Part shown: positions 1 to 13,259 of the stretch, in pieces | How the letters are laid out: every line of letters begins with the position of its first letter | Position numbering within the stretch: position 1 is the first letter of the stretch | From: the human T2T-CHM13v2.0 reference genome, Homo sapiens | Length of the DNA: 64,000 bases | Assembly (NCBI RefSeq): GCF_009914755.1 | Contig: NC_060929.1 | Reading direction: 5' to 3' (one strand) | Made by a program: the position numbers and the translations under genes | Notes under the pieces: model-generated | Seen by the model: only the letters and a program-made list of their open reading frames with translations | The model's database searches: none | Told to the model about the DNA's origin: nothing

Positions 1-997
1 TATGTCTCTCCATCTGTATGTTTGTCTATCATCCATGTACCTCACTGGCTGTATAATCTTCTGAGGCAGGAACATTCTGGAAGGCACTGGGCTTATTTAG
101 CCATTCCTCCATCCTTGGCTGACCTGTCAGCTGTCCAGGTTTCCATTGTGACATGAGCTGCTGCTTCGGTTGATGTTCCAGTCTCTCGGCCTCTGCCTGC
201 GTCCTGCACCTTCCTGTGGTGGAAACTCGAGGTCTGTGTGGAGCGGCCCCCGGCTGGCCCCGCAGCGCATGCAGCCTGGAGAGGAGTCGTGTGGCCCGGG
301 CAAATGGCGACGTGTCTTCCATAAACCCTGGGTGTGGAAGGTGTGTTTCCTTCTTGCCCAAACCTCTGTTTAAGGGATATTATTCATTTTTGTTTTCACC
401 AGGCTCTTTTAAAAAGGTACAACAATAATTCTTTGAAAAAAATGTATTGTCTGCTCAACTGTGAGGTTCCAGAAAGGGGAGAAAGCCATCCCAGCTGTAG
501 GTCCAGGGTCTCTGAGTGACCCCGGAAGAAAGGCAGCATGAGCATAAGTCCTCAGAGGGGGTCCCCAAACCGGGGGACGGAAGCCCTGTTCTTGAACCCC
601 AGTTCTTCCCCTCTGTGGTCTGGGGGAGCAGACTCAGAGCCTCAGTTTCCCCATCAGCAAGATGGTGGTCCTTGGAGTCCCTTCCAGCATTACGGCTGTG
701 GCTGTGCTGTTTGCCTTTAGCGGGTTGAAAGGGAAAGACAGGAGGGAAGCAAACCCTTGCGCTCAGTGTTCTGGCGCTGTGAAGAAAATGTACCAGCTGC
801 CCAGAGGTCCTGTAGACCAGTCCCCAGGAGGGAGTCCTCCCCCAGATGGAGGAGAGCCCGGGTGTGCGGGATCCTGAGAGGCCAGAACACCAGGCAGGCG
901 GGGCAGGGTGGAGATGCCCCGGCCGCTGGTGCCAGGCTGCATATGCACCGCTGGTGGGCACCAGATCCCTCCCAACACGGACGACCGGACAGCACCA

Positions 998-3900
998 ACA
1001 CAGGCCCCCGCAGAGGGGCGCAGCTGACGGGACGGCGCCGACACAGGCCCCCGCAGAGGGGCTCAGCTGACGGGAGGGCGACAACACAGGCCCCCGCAGA
1101 GGGGCGCAGCTGACGGGACGGCGCCGACACAGGCCCCCGCAGAGGGGTTCAGCTCAGGGGACGGCGCCGACACAGGCCCCCGCAGAGGGGCTCAGCTCAG
1201 GGGACGGCGCCGACACAGGCCCCCGCAGAGGGGTTCAGCTCAGGGGACGGCGACGACACAGGCCCCCGCAGAGGGGTTCAGCTCAGGGGACGGCGCCGAC
1301 ACAGGCCCCCGCAGAGGGGCTCAGCTCAGGGGACGGCGCCGACACAGGCCCCCGCAGAGGGGCGCAGCTGACGGGAGGGCGACAACACAGGCCCCCGCAG
1401 AGGGGCTCAGCTCAGGGGACGGCGACGACACAGGCCCCCGCAGAGGGGCGCAGCTCAGGGGACGGCGACGACACAGGCCCCCGCAGAGGGGCGCAGCTGA
1501 CGGGACGGCGCCGACACAGGCCCCCGCAGAGGGGTTCAGCTCAGGGAACGGCGACAACACAGGCCCCCGCAGAGGGGTTCAGCTCAGGGAACGGCGACGA
1601 CACAGGCCCCCGCAGAGGGGCGCAGCTGACGGGACGGCGCCGACACAGGCCCCCGCAGAGGGGTTCAGCTCAGGGAACGGCGACAACACAGGCCCCCGCA
1701 GAGGGGTTCAGCTCAGGGGACGGCGACGACACAGGCCCCCGCAGAGGGGCGCAGCTGACGGGACGGCGCCGACACAGGCCCCCGCAGAGGGGCGCAGCTG
1801 ACGGGACGGCGCCGACACAGGCCCCCGCAGAGGGGCGCAGCTGACGGGACGGCGCCGACACAGGCCCCCGCAGAGGGGTTCAGCTCAGGGAACGGCGACA
1901 ACACAGGCCCCCGCAGAGGGGTTCAGCTCAGGGGACGGCGACGACACAGGCCCCCGCAGAGGGGCGCAGCTGACGGGACGGCGCCGACACAGGCCCCCGC
2001 AGAGGGGTTCAGCTCAGGGAACGGCGACAACACAGGCCCCCGCAGAGGGGTTCAGCTCAGGGGACGGCGACGACACAGGCCCCCGCAGAGGGGTTCAGCT
2101 CAGGGGACGGCGACGACACAGGCCCCCGCAGAGGGGTTCAGCTCAGGGGAGGGCGACAACACAGGCTCCCCGCAGAGGGGTTCAGCTCAGGGGACGGCGA
2201 CAACACAGGCCCCCGCAGAGGGGCTCAGCTCAGGGGACGGCGACGACACAGGCCCCCGCAGAGGGGCTCAGCTCAGGGGACAGCGCCGACACAGGCCCCC
2301 GCAGAGGGGTTCAGCTCAGGGGACAGCGCCGACACAGGCCCCCGCAGAGGGGTTCAGCTCAGGGGACGGCGACGACACAGGCCCCCGCAGAGGGGCGCAG
2401 CTCAGGGGACAGCGCCGACACAGGCCCCCGCAGAGGGGCTCAGCTCAGGGGACAGCGCCGACACAGGCCCCCGCAGAGGGGTTCAGCTCAGGGGACGGCG
2501 ACGACACAGGCCCCCGCAGAGGGGCGCAGCTGACGGGACGGCGCCGACACAGGCCCCCGCAGAGGGGCGCAGCTGACGGGACGGCGCCGACACAGGCCCC
2601 CGCAGAGGGGCTCAGCTCAGGGGACAGCGCCGACACAGGCCCCCGCAGAGGGGTTCAGCTCAGGGGACGGCGACGACACAGGCCCCCGCAGAGGGGCGCA
2701 GCTGACGGGACGGCGCCGACACAGGCCCCCGCAGAGGGGTTCAGCTCAGGGAACGGCGACAACACAGGCCCCCGCAGAGGGGTTCAGCTCAGGGGACGGC
2801 GACGACACAGGCCCCCGCAGAGGGGTTCAGCTCAGGGGACGGCGACGACACAGGCCCCCGCAGAGGGGTTCAGCTCAGGGGAGGGCGACAACACAGGCTC
2901 CCCGCAGAGGGGTTCAGCTCAGGGGACGGCGACAACACAGGCCCCCGCAGAGGGGCGCAGCTGACGGGACGGCGCCGACACAGGCCCCCGCAGAGGGGCG
3001 CAGCTGACGGGACGGCGCCGACACAGGCCCCCGCAGAGGGGTTCAGCTCAGGGAACGGCGACAACACAGGCCCCCGCAGAGGGGTTCAGCTCAGGGGACG
3101 GCGACGACACAGGCCCCCGCAGAGGGGTTCAGCTCAGGGGACGGCGACGACACAGGCCCCCGCAGAGGGGTTCAGCTCAGGGGAGGGCGACAACACAGGC
3201 TCCCCGCAGAGGGGTTCAGCTCAGGGGACGGCGCCGACACAGGCCCCCGCAGAGGGGTTCAGCTCAGGGGACGGCGACAACACAGGCCCCCGCAGAGGGG
3301 CGCAGCTGACGGGACGGCGCCGACACAGGCCCCCGCAGAGGGGCGCAGCTGACGGGACGGCGCCGACACAGGCCCCCGCAGAGGGGTTCAGCTCAGGGAA
3401 CGGCGACAACACAGGCCCCCGCAGAGGGGTTCAGCTCAGGGGACGGCGACGACACAGGCCCCCGCAGAGGGGCGCAGCTGACGGGACGGCGCCGACACAG
3501 GCCCCCGCAGAGGGGCGCAGCTGACGGGACGGCGCCGACACAGGCCCCCGCAGAGGGGTTCAGCTCAGGGGACGGCGCCGACACAGGCCCCCGCAGAGGG
3601 GCTCAGCTCAGGGGACGGCGCCGACACAGGCCCCCGCAGAGGGGTTCAGCTCAGGGGACGGCGCCGACACAGGCCCCCGCAGAGGGGTTCAGCTCAGGGG
3701 ACGGCGCCGACACAGGCCCCCGCAGAGGGGCTCAGCTCAGGGGACGGCGCCGACACAGGCCCCCGCAGAGGGGTTCAGCTGACGGGACGGCGCCGACACA
3801 GGCCCCCGCAGAGGGGCTCAGCTCAGGGGACAGCGCCGACACAGGCCCCCGCAGAGGGGCTCAGCTCAGGGGACGGCGCCGACACAGGCCCCCGCAGAGG

Positions 3901-5976
3901 GGTTCAGCTCAGGGGACGGCGCCGACACAGGCCCCCGCAGAGGGGTTCAGCTCAGGGGACGGCGCCGACACAGGCCCCCGCAGAGGGGTTCAGCTCAGGG
4001 GACGGCGCCGACACAGGCCCCCGCAGAGGGGTTCAGCTCAGGGGACGGCGACGACACAGGCCCCCGCAGAGGGGTTCAGCTCAGGGGACGGCGCCGACAC
4101 AGGCCCCCGCAGAGGGGCTCAGCTGACGGGACGGCGCCGACACAGGCCCCCGCAGAGGGGCTCAGCTCAGGGGACAGCGCCGACACAGGCCCCCGCAGAG
4201 GGGCTCAGCTCAGGGGACGGCGACGACACAGGCCCCCGCAGAGGGGCTCAGCTCAGGGGACGGCGCCGACACAGGCCCCCGCAGAGGGGTTCAGCTCAGG
4301 GGACGGCGCCGACACAGGCCCCCGCAGAGGGGCTCAGCTCAGGGGACGGCGCCGACACAGGCCCCCGCAGAGGGGTTCAGCTCAGGGGACGGCGCCGACA
4401 CAGGCCCCCGCAGAGGGGCTCAGCTCAGGGGACGGCGCCGACACAGGCCCCCGCAGAGGGGTTCAGCTCAGGGGACGGCGCCGACACAGGCCCCCGCAGA
4501 GGGGCTCAGCTCAGGGGACGGCGCCGACACAGGCCCCCGCAGAGGGGTTCAGCTCAGGGGACGGCGCCGACACAGGCCCCCGCAGAGGGGCTCAGCTCAG
4601 GGGACGGCGCCGACACAGGCCCCCGCAGAGGGGCTCAGCTCAGGGGACGGCGACGACACAGGCCCCCGCAGAGGGGCTCAGCTCAGGGGACGGCGACGAC
4701 ACAGGCCCCCGCAGAGGGGCTCAGCTCAGGGGACGGCGCCGACACAGGCCCCCGCAGAGGGGCGCAGCTGACGGGACGGCGCCGACACAGGCCCCCGCAG
4801 AGGGGTTCAGCTCAGGGGACGGCGACGACACAGGCCCCCGCAGAGGGGCTCAGCTCAGGGGACGGCGACGACACAGGCCCCCGCAGAGGGGTTCAGCTCA
4901 GGGGACGGCGACGACACAGGCCCCCGCAGAGGGGTTCAGCTCAGGGGACGGCGCCGACACAGGCCCCCGCAGAGGGGTTCAGCTCAGGGGACGGCGCCGA
5001 CACAGGCCCCCGCAGAGGGGTTCAGCTCAGGGGACGGCGACGACACAGGCCCCCGCAGAGGGGTTCAGCTCAGGGGACGGCGCCGACACAGGCCCCCGCA
5101 GAGGGGTTCAGCTGACGGGACGGCGCCGACACAGGCCCCCGCAGAGGGGTTCAGCTGACGGGACGGCGCCGACACAGGCCCCCGCAGAGGGGTTCAGCTG
5201 ACGGGACGGCGCCGACACAGGCTCCCCGCAGAGGGGCGCGGCTCAGGGGACGGCGACGACACAGGCCCCCGCAGAGGGGCTCGGCTGACGGGACGGCGAC
5301 GACACAGGCCCCCGCAGAGGGGTTCAGCTCAGGGGACGGCGACGACACAGGCTCCCCGCAGAGGGGCTCGGCTGACGGGACGGCGACGACACAGGCCCCC
5401 GCAGAGGGGCGCGGCTGACGGGACGGCGACGACACAGGCCCCCGCAGAGGGGTTCAGCTGAGGGGACGGCGCCGACACAGGCTCCCCGCAGAGGGGCGCG
5501 GCTCAGGGGACGGCGACGACACAGGCCCCCGCAGAGGGGCTCGGCTGACGGGACGGCGACGACACAGGCCCCCGCAGAGGGGTTCAGCTCAGGGGACGGC
5601 GACGACACAGGCTCCCCGCAGAGGGGCTCGGCTGACGGGACGGCGACGACACAGGCCCCCGCAGAGGGGCGCGGCTGACGGGACGGCGCCGACACAGGCC
5701 CCCGCAGAGGGGTTCAGCTCAGGGGACGGCGACGACACAGGCCCCCGCAGAGGGGTTCAGCTCAGGGGACGGCGACGACACAGGCCCCCGCAGAGGGGTT
5801 CAGCTCAGGGGACGGCGACGACACAGGCCCCCGCAGAGGGGTTCAGCTCAGGGGACGGCGACGACACAGGCCCCCGCAGAGGGGCGCGGCTGAGGGGACG
5901 GCGCCGACACAGGCCCCCGCAGGGGGGTTCAGCTGAGGGGACGGCGCCGACACAGGCCCCCGCAGAGGGGCGCAGC
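998..5976. repeat. Large GC/CpG-rich minisatellite (VNTR), 43-bp unit, ~115 copies
   Basis: Consensus ACACAGGCCCCCGCAGAGGGGTTCAGCTCAGGGGACGGCGCCG repeated head to tail with a limited set of variants, including occasional 44-bp units (GGCTCCCC). Confidence 0.99.
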
Positions 5977-6359
5977 CGCATTTCCATGTGGCCCCAGCAG
6001 CCCCGGGCTGGGTTGGAGGACTCGAGACTCTTGTGTGCCTGCCCCGTACAAGAAGAACAACAACAGAGGGCGCCCCGTGTGCAGGGCTTGGCTCCCAGAG
6101 TGCCAGGTCCGCTTGCCTGCAGCATGCCCGGTGAAGCAGGTGCTGCTCCTGCACTATTTTACAGGTGAGGGGACAGCCCTGGGCCACCTCTGTGACCCGA
6201 GTCACCGAGGTGCAGTGTGTGACTGGAGGGTCCTCTCTGTCCCTGATAACAAGACACTGAGCTCTTACTCTAGCAGAGCTGGGCCAGGAGCCCTTAGGCA
6301 ACAAGGCGACCCCTCCCAGGATGAGGCTTTATTTCACATACTTTAAAGATTACCCAATA

Positions 6360-7870
6360 GCTTATAATTCGCTGACTAAAAGCATACAAGTTTGCTAAGA
6401 CAATAACTAAATATCACCCACGTAGTCTCCAGGGGAGGAGGAATCGCTGAAAAATACCATCAATAAAAGTTAAAAACTGAAAGGATAGGTCTAACAGTGA
6501 AATAGTTTCCAGTTTTCAACACTTCTCTTTAAGAAAGCATACTGTAAAAATGAGAGAAAAAAAGATCTTGACTAGAAGGCATTTGCCAGTCATAGAACTT
6601 ACAAAAAATTGTATCCAGAAAAACAAAACTCTGTAAATCAATATGAAAAAGACAAGCAACCCATATTTTTTGTTTGAAGAAGGATATAAGGTTGTTTGCC
6701 CATTCCTGAGCCAATGTAATGCTGTCTTAATAAATGGTTGATAATAAATCCTGGCATCTGCTGTGGTCTTCACCACACTCATCCTGGCCATTATTGATCG
6801 TTTATACCTCCTTGTAAAATTCAGGACAGCCTGTTCATTTCTATTTTTAAAAATCCTATTGGGATTCTGATTGGAATTGTATTACATTTATAAATAATTT
6901 TTGGAACTTATCTTCAAAGAAACAACAAAGGTTTCACAGCTGACTTTCAGTGAAACCATGGGAGCCAAAAGAAGATTGAATGGCATCTCAGCAGTGGTGA
7001 AAGGAGAGAAAGCTGCCAGCCCCGAGTCTGTGCTCACAGAAGCACCCCAGACAGGAAGAAGAAGTAAAGCCAGCCCGCAGTCCTGTGCTCACAGAAGCAC
7101 CCCAGACACGAAGGAAAAGTGAAGGCATTTTTGGAGAAACCAAGGCAGATCTGCACCACAAGACATAACCAGGGCATTCTTAGGCTGAAGGAAACAGCCC
7201 CGGGTGAAACCACAGAGAAGAGCCTGCCGAGGGGCGGGAGAGTGGGTGACGTCACGCGATAAAGCAGCGCCTCAGTCCATGGGGACATGAGACAGGCGTC
7301 CCCATCATCGTCACAGCCAGTGGCACAAAACAGGGAGGGAGAGAGACTAGAGACAATGGGGAAAATAGAACGGGCCTGGAGATCCCAATGGGAAGTGAAG
7401 GGTCTTCGGGGTCACAATCGTATTCTCTCTGGTTTTGGTGTCTAACGGAAAACCCCATAATAAACTGCCAAACTCACTTAATGAGCCACCACTTCAGACT
7501 CATCATATTGGAAAACATTTTAAAATCTAAGAATGAACACCCAGGCCATGCAGAGAATGCCCAGAACAAGAGAGAGAGAGAGAGAGCAGTGGACAGAAGA
7601 CTCAAGCAGGCAAGTCCCAGGAACATCTGTAAAGATGAGAATGAACACCCAGGCCATGCAGAGAATGCCCAGAACAAGAGAGAGAGAGAGCAGTGGACGG
7701 AAGACTCAAGCTGGCAAGTCACAGGAGCATCCGTAAAGACAAGAATGGGTTCATTAGTGATGGGAAGATGCAAACTAAAACGTAAAACCCACGAGACACC
7801 ATAGAATACCCACAATTCAGACCTGCTGGCACCAAGAGCAGTGTGCAGCGTGGTGTGGAGGCTCCCACAC
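6360..7870. mobile_element. Highly degraded old L1 (L1M-type) fragments in both orientations
   Basis: L1-like phrases: antisense ORF2 gggattctgattggaattgtatt (~6860), ORF1-like gctgactttcagtgaaaccatgggagcc (~6940), 3' ORF2-like tcattagtgatgggaagatgcaaa (~7750). Confidence 0.55.
7530..7745. repeat. Two-copy ~108-bp tandem duplication containing (AG)n
   Basis: agaatgaacacccaggccatgcagagaatgcccagaacaag(ag)n cagtggac.gaagactcaagc occurs twice consecutively. Confidence 0.9.
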
Positions 7871-10674
7871 TGAGGACGGGAATCGGTGATGCCCCTTGAG
7901 CTGGGCAGGATCTACTCAGGTCCAAGGCTCACACGTCCAGCGACCCCAGCTGCTAGTGACCCTCGCACACACAACAGGCCATAAACAGGAACCCATGGCC
8001 CCCACGGCCGCTAGCAGGAGGCAGGACATGGCTCCATGGCTCAGGGAAGCCAGGAGACAGCACCAGTGCCTGCCCAGCCCACCTGCCCTCCAGCTGCCGC
8101 CCGTGTGGGCCTGCACCCCTGCAACACTCGCCTGTGGCTGAGGGGCTGCCTCTCTGAGGGGCCTGGGAGCGAGGTTGCTGCAGCTATCTTCCGCCAGCAG
8201 CCAGGAGGCCTCTGCAGCCCTGCTGGACCCCTGGAGAGTACATCCCGGAGAGAGCGTGGCTGCAGGCAGAGCCCTACGCTCCCCTCCCGCGGTTGCTGTT
8301 GTCTGAACAGCCACGCCCGTAGCAATGGTTCAGGGGTTCCTGGGGCCTTTTCCCCCTGGGTCTTCCGCCTGTCTTTCGGGGTCGAGAGAGCTGTACTCGG
8401 GCAAGCCCCACCATCCTGCACTCACAGCAGAGCCCTGGGGCCTCCTATCTGCACCCAGCCCTGAAGCTGTTGTCTCTGGCTGCAGCCCTCCTGGAAGCCA
8501 CAGCCTTTCCCCCTTTCCCTATCCCGAAGCTCTTTCACCACTTCCAGGCCACCCTCCCTTCCTCTTTCCTAAACCCTGGGTCATCGCGACACTGCCCCCG
8601 CATCCCCGTGACAGGGCATCCCCTCCTCTCTCTAGGGTTTCAGTTCCTGGCTCAAAGCAGCTCTCCACATCGACCCGTGCCTCGATTACTGGCAACTTCA
8701 AAATGTGCACAGAGCCCCCCTTGAACTTGGCTTCTCAGATCTCTGAGCCCCTCCAGGGGTCCTGTCCTCCACCTGCCCGGCCCCTTGCCCCACATTCACA
8801 GCCCAGACACATCGCGGCAGCTCCCGCACCCCCCTCACCCCGGGGGGGCCTTCTGCCCCCTCAGCACCGTGAGCTGGCCCTACCGCCCCTGGCCCTCCTG
8901 GTGCCTCCTGCGCCTGCTGCTCTCCCGTTTCTCCTCTCCATCATGTCAGCAGCCCTTTTGCAAACAGACCCTTGGTCTGTTGGGGCCTCTCAGGCATGGC
9001 ACAGGCTCACCTGTGGGTGTCTTTGCAATGGCAAAGCACCCACCTCCATTTCCATACCCGCCCCTCCCACTGACCCGCATTCCCAGTCGACCCACCGCTG
9101 CCTGAGGGTCAGCGGTCCTAACATTTAGAAAGGGCCACGTGGTGCCCAGTGTCCAGGTGGGGCTGGAGCCAGGTCCTCAGCCCCCAGACCCCTTCCTCCT
9201 CCCACCCTGGCCCCAGGCTGACCAGTCCTGAGTGCAGACACCGGTGCCACAGGGACATCCCAGCTGGGCGAATTCTTTTTGTAAAGAGGAGGTCCTCAGA
9301 ATCAGCTCTAACTGTCATGCCCTCTTTGTTTATCTTCATCGTAGTCGCAGCCCTTGCTGGGTGGTCAGTTCTTTGTTAAGGTTGATACTGAGCCCCAAAT
9401 CTGATTTGCCCCAAGAGATGAATGATTTTCTCTGCAGTTACTGGGCGGCTTTCTTAGGACTAGAGAATGGTGAGTGGTTGACATTAATCTCCGCAAACTC
9501 AAAATAAAAATGGAAACAAATGTACCAAGAGCTGCAAGGCAACGGCTGACCCACCCCCCACATGGGATCACAACCTCTGGTGGCCATCTGTGCACACCCA
9601 GGTGGGGCCAGGCCCCGGGGCCCTCTCTGATGGCAGCCGACGGGCTCCCTCGGGCCTGCGCAGTGCAGCCTGGACGGCGTGGGCTTAGGTGGCCATTTCA
9701 CCACAAAGTCCCTTCAAAGGCTCAACAGGTTTTGAGGCATAGCCTCCCTCCTCCAGACCCCGCTGGCCGGCCGTGTGGAATGAGAGCTGAGGGTGTCTGG
9801 TCTCTCAGGGGCATCGGGGAGGGAGGCCCAGCGATGGCCTCGGTGATCCATTTGCCGCAAGAGGACCAGCGCTTACTCGAAGAAGATTTAAAACACACAA
9901 GGAACCGTGAAACCAAACCAGAAAAGCCCTGCTGACCGAGCCGCCCCTTCTAGAGGCCGAACAGGCATGGAAACCCTGAGCCGACACAGGCACTTACCCA
10001 GCAGAGAGGACAGGGCCACCAGGATCCACATGGCCACAAAGAAGGGGGTGTGCACGGGTAGCCACCGCAGGCTGACCACTGGAAACCCGCTGCTGTTCCG
10101 GGCAACGGGGGGCTCTGGCCCTGGGCCCCGGCCAACGAGTGTGCAGGGATGGGCTGTGCCCACCAGCAAGGCCAGCAACGTGAAGGCACAGAGTCCAGAC
10201 CCCTGGGGCTGCATGCTGGGGGCACGTGCCGCCGACAAGGCGCTGTGTATCCGCCGGGCTCTTCTCGACTTCGTGGACCTGGTATCTGCAGGGAGCCACC
10301 TCGTTGGTCCCCGGTGAGCCCTAGAGCTGTGCCAGTTCTTCCTGCCTCACCCCAGCACCTTCCCTCTGCTGACCACAGCCCAGCCTTGTCCTGGGCAGCC
10401 TGTGGCCTCCAGGCCGTCAGCAGATAAGCATTCCGTGTGGCTAGAGGGCCTTCCTGGGAGCTGGACCTCCCCAGCGGGAGTTCAAAGCCCTTGCCCATTT
10501 TCCTGGTCTGGGAACAGAAGCGGCCCGCCCATCCCCTCTATGAGATTAGGTTCTACCTATCATGTAAAATAAAAGCTGATGAAGAAACAGGGTTTAATTG
10601 GTTTCTTATCAGGTGTTTCGTCCTTGTTTGGAATTCTGTGTGGATGGGGGAGCCATGGGATTACACCCAATAAG

Positions 10675-11012
10675 GTCACCTGCAGATCAGCAGTGCGGCC
10701 CCCGTGGGGTCCGCACCCAGGCGTGTGCTCACCTGCAGATCAGCAGTGTGGCCCCCGTGGGGTCTGCTCCCGGGCATGTGCTCACCTGCAGATCAGCAGT
10801 GCGGCCCCCGTGGGGTCTGCTCCCGGGTGTGTGCTCATCTGCAGATCAGCAGTGCGGCCCCCGTGGGGTCTGCACCCAGGCGTGTGCTCACCTGCAGATT
10901 AGCAGTGCGGCCCCCGTGGGGTCTGCACCCAGGCGTGTGCTCTGCACCCAGGCGTGTGCTCACCTGCAGATTAGCAGTGCGGCCCCCGTGGGGTCTGCAC
11001 CCAGGCGTGTGC
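10675..11012. repeat. Minisatellite, 53-bp unit, ~6 copies
   Basis: Unit CTCACCTGCAGATCAGCAGTGCGGCCCCCGTGGGGTCTGCACCCAGGCGTGTG, with a partial ~20-bp internal duplication near 10940. Confidence 0.95.
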
Positions 11013-11569
11013 TCCACAAAGCCCCCTCTGGCTTCAAGGCAGCACTGGGTCCTTTGCCCCGGACCCTCCTGCTGTTCCCACGTCTCCTCTGGCTCCTGAG
11101 CCTCACCTCCACTGGCTCCTGAGAGGCTCTTCCTCCCGCACACCTGTGCCCAGGTGGCCTTGCCCACTGCAGGTGCAAAGCCCCTACCTTAGCATCGGAG
11201 ACCCCAAGGCTGGTGGGGGTGGGGTGTCCTGCATAGTCAGCCCCAGCCTGGGGCAGGAGGCCGGGGCCTGGTGTGGCCTTGCGGGGAATCAGAGCCCTTG
11301 CCGGCAAGGGCTGTCCACACAGCAGGGGAGCCGAGCCCAGGCCAGAAGGGAAGGGCATCTCCAGCAGGGGATGGTCACCTAAGGGGATGGTCACCTAAGG
11401 GGATTGATCCACGATGCAAATGTGTCAGAGGCCTTGGGAGCTGGTCTTACTGTCAGAGTTTCAGATTTTGAAAAGAGAAAACTGTCACAAACTCTGACTT
11501 GGATTCGGTTTGGAGGCATCTGTGTGAATTTAGGATTTGCAAAACGAATAGGAGTGTATAGAAATAAAT

Positions 11570-11880
11570 ACGGCCTGCCTCCACGTCTTCAGGTTCCGCA
11601 CCACAGATTCAACCGAGGATCAAAGATACTTGGAAAAGAATAAAAAATAACAATATAGAAAAAATACAAATAAAAATAACAACACAGTGTAACAACTATT
11701 TACATAGCATTTCCATTGTATTCGGTACAATGAATAATCCAGGGATGATTTAAAGTACCGGGAGGATGTGTGCAGGTTACTTGCAAATCCGACATCATTT
11801 TACATCAGGAACTTGAGCTCCTGCAGGTGGGTTAAACTCGGGGGTCCTGGAACCCATCCCTTGAGGACTGCAAAAGACAA
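11570..11880 (-). mobile_element. MER2 (TcMar-Tigger non-autonomous DNA transposon)
   Basis: Reverse complement of MER2 hallmarks: aacaactatttacatagcattt, gatgatttaaagta..gggaggatgtg, ggggtcctggaacc. Confidence 0.75.
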
Positions 11881-13057
11881 ACATATGGGTGTCAATGACA
11901 GTCCCAAATCATAGACCCTGGAATAAAGCTGGAACCCACAAGCCCATCCTTACATGATAAAGATGCGGAAGACTTTAGGGGTCTTTTGCAGCCTCTCAAG
12001 GTGCCTCGTGACTGTGCTGGAGTAGACCAGTAACTGTACTGTGAAAATGCTTGACAGCAGCAGCTGACTCCACGCGGACCTGGAGCCGCGGCTGCGGGCA
12101 AGGGCACCTGCACACAGGGGTGTGCAGCACGGGAGAGGCTGAGCTGTGCCTCGGATGCTCCTGCCACAGGCTCATAGCTTGGTCCTGTCTCGAAGAAACT
12201 CCTGACACACCCCAGAATGAATGAGGGTCTTCACCCAATAAGTGCCCCGCAACCATCTCGGGAGAAAAAGAGGCCAAGCCGCAGAGGACCATGCTTGGTT
12301 TCAATTGGACAGCTGGATTCGCTCCGAGGGCTCTGAGGTCAGCAGGTGGCCACCAGTCAAGCCGATGTCCTGACCTGGGAGTACGCAGGACAAGGAGGCA
12401 CCGAGTCAGCAACAGACCCCTAGATGGTCAGAGAGATATTCCCGTGCTACTCTTGACACCTTTCTGTAAAAGAAAAAATTCAAATAATACATTACTTAAA
12501 TAAATTAAAAGTTTATATTAAAAAATACACACAACTTCTGCTTCCAGCTACAATATAGAAAGTCTCAAGAGCCTATTTTCACCAACAACCTAAACAAGCC
12601 ACATAAGCTATAAATTCACAATAAAAAAAAAAACCCGCCAGAAAGCTGAGGATACATAGACACCCGATTGAATTAAGCCACCAGAAGTGAGGAGCCCCCA
12701 GGGGAAGGGTGTGGCTGATCACTGGCCCGGAGACAATGGGGTCTGAAAACGAAAAGGCGGCTTCTGCAAGCTGACGAAACCAGACACCACCAATAAACAA
12801 AACCCAAATCCACAAACCCAGAATTTTATACAGAACAAAAACGTCCTTCAAACATGAAGGGTAAATACAGATATTGTCAGACGATAAAAAGCATTTGTTG
12901 CCAGCAGAATTCGAGTGTGGAAATCATAAAGGAAAATGTTCAGCTGAAGGAGAACGACCTTGGGCTGGGAACAGGGAAGGGCCGAGTCCTTATGCGGCAA
13001 ATTCAGCACTGGCAATTACTGACTTGCTGAAGCGAGCTTGTCCTCCTCTTGACCTGT

Positions 13058-13259
13058 GGGCCACATGTGGCCCAGGATGGCTTTGAATGCGGCCCAAGAC
13101 ACATTTGTAAACTTTCCTTAAAACATAATGAGATTTTTTTTGTGATTTTTTTTTTCTTTTAGCTCATCAGCTATCGTGTTAGTGTGTTTTATGTGTGGCC
13201 CAAGACAATTCTTCTTCTTCCAATGTGGCCAAGGGAAGCCAAAAGATTGGACACCCCTG
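13058..13259 (-). mobile_element. MER30 (hAT-Charlie MITE)
   Basis: Ends ...cttcttccaatgtggccaagggaagccaaaagattggacacccctg, the reverse complement of the MER30 terminus. Confidence 0.8.

Noticed and set aside
998-5976. CRISPR-like array or repeat-encoded protein in the 43-bp repeat
   Set aside because: Units are contiguous with no unique spacers and no cas genes, in a primate context. The unit length is not a multiple of 3, and the listed ORFs are short products of alternative starts on the minus strand.
8325-9128. 267-aa Pro-rich ORF and overlapping ORFs at 7896-10498
   Set aside because: Expected in GC-rich sequence with few stops; no recognisable domain, and ORFs overlap in many frames.
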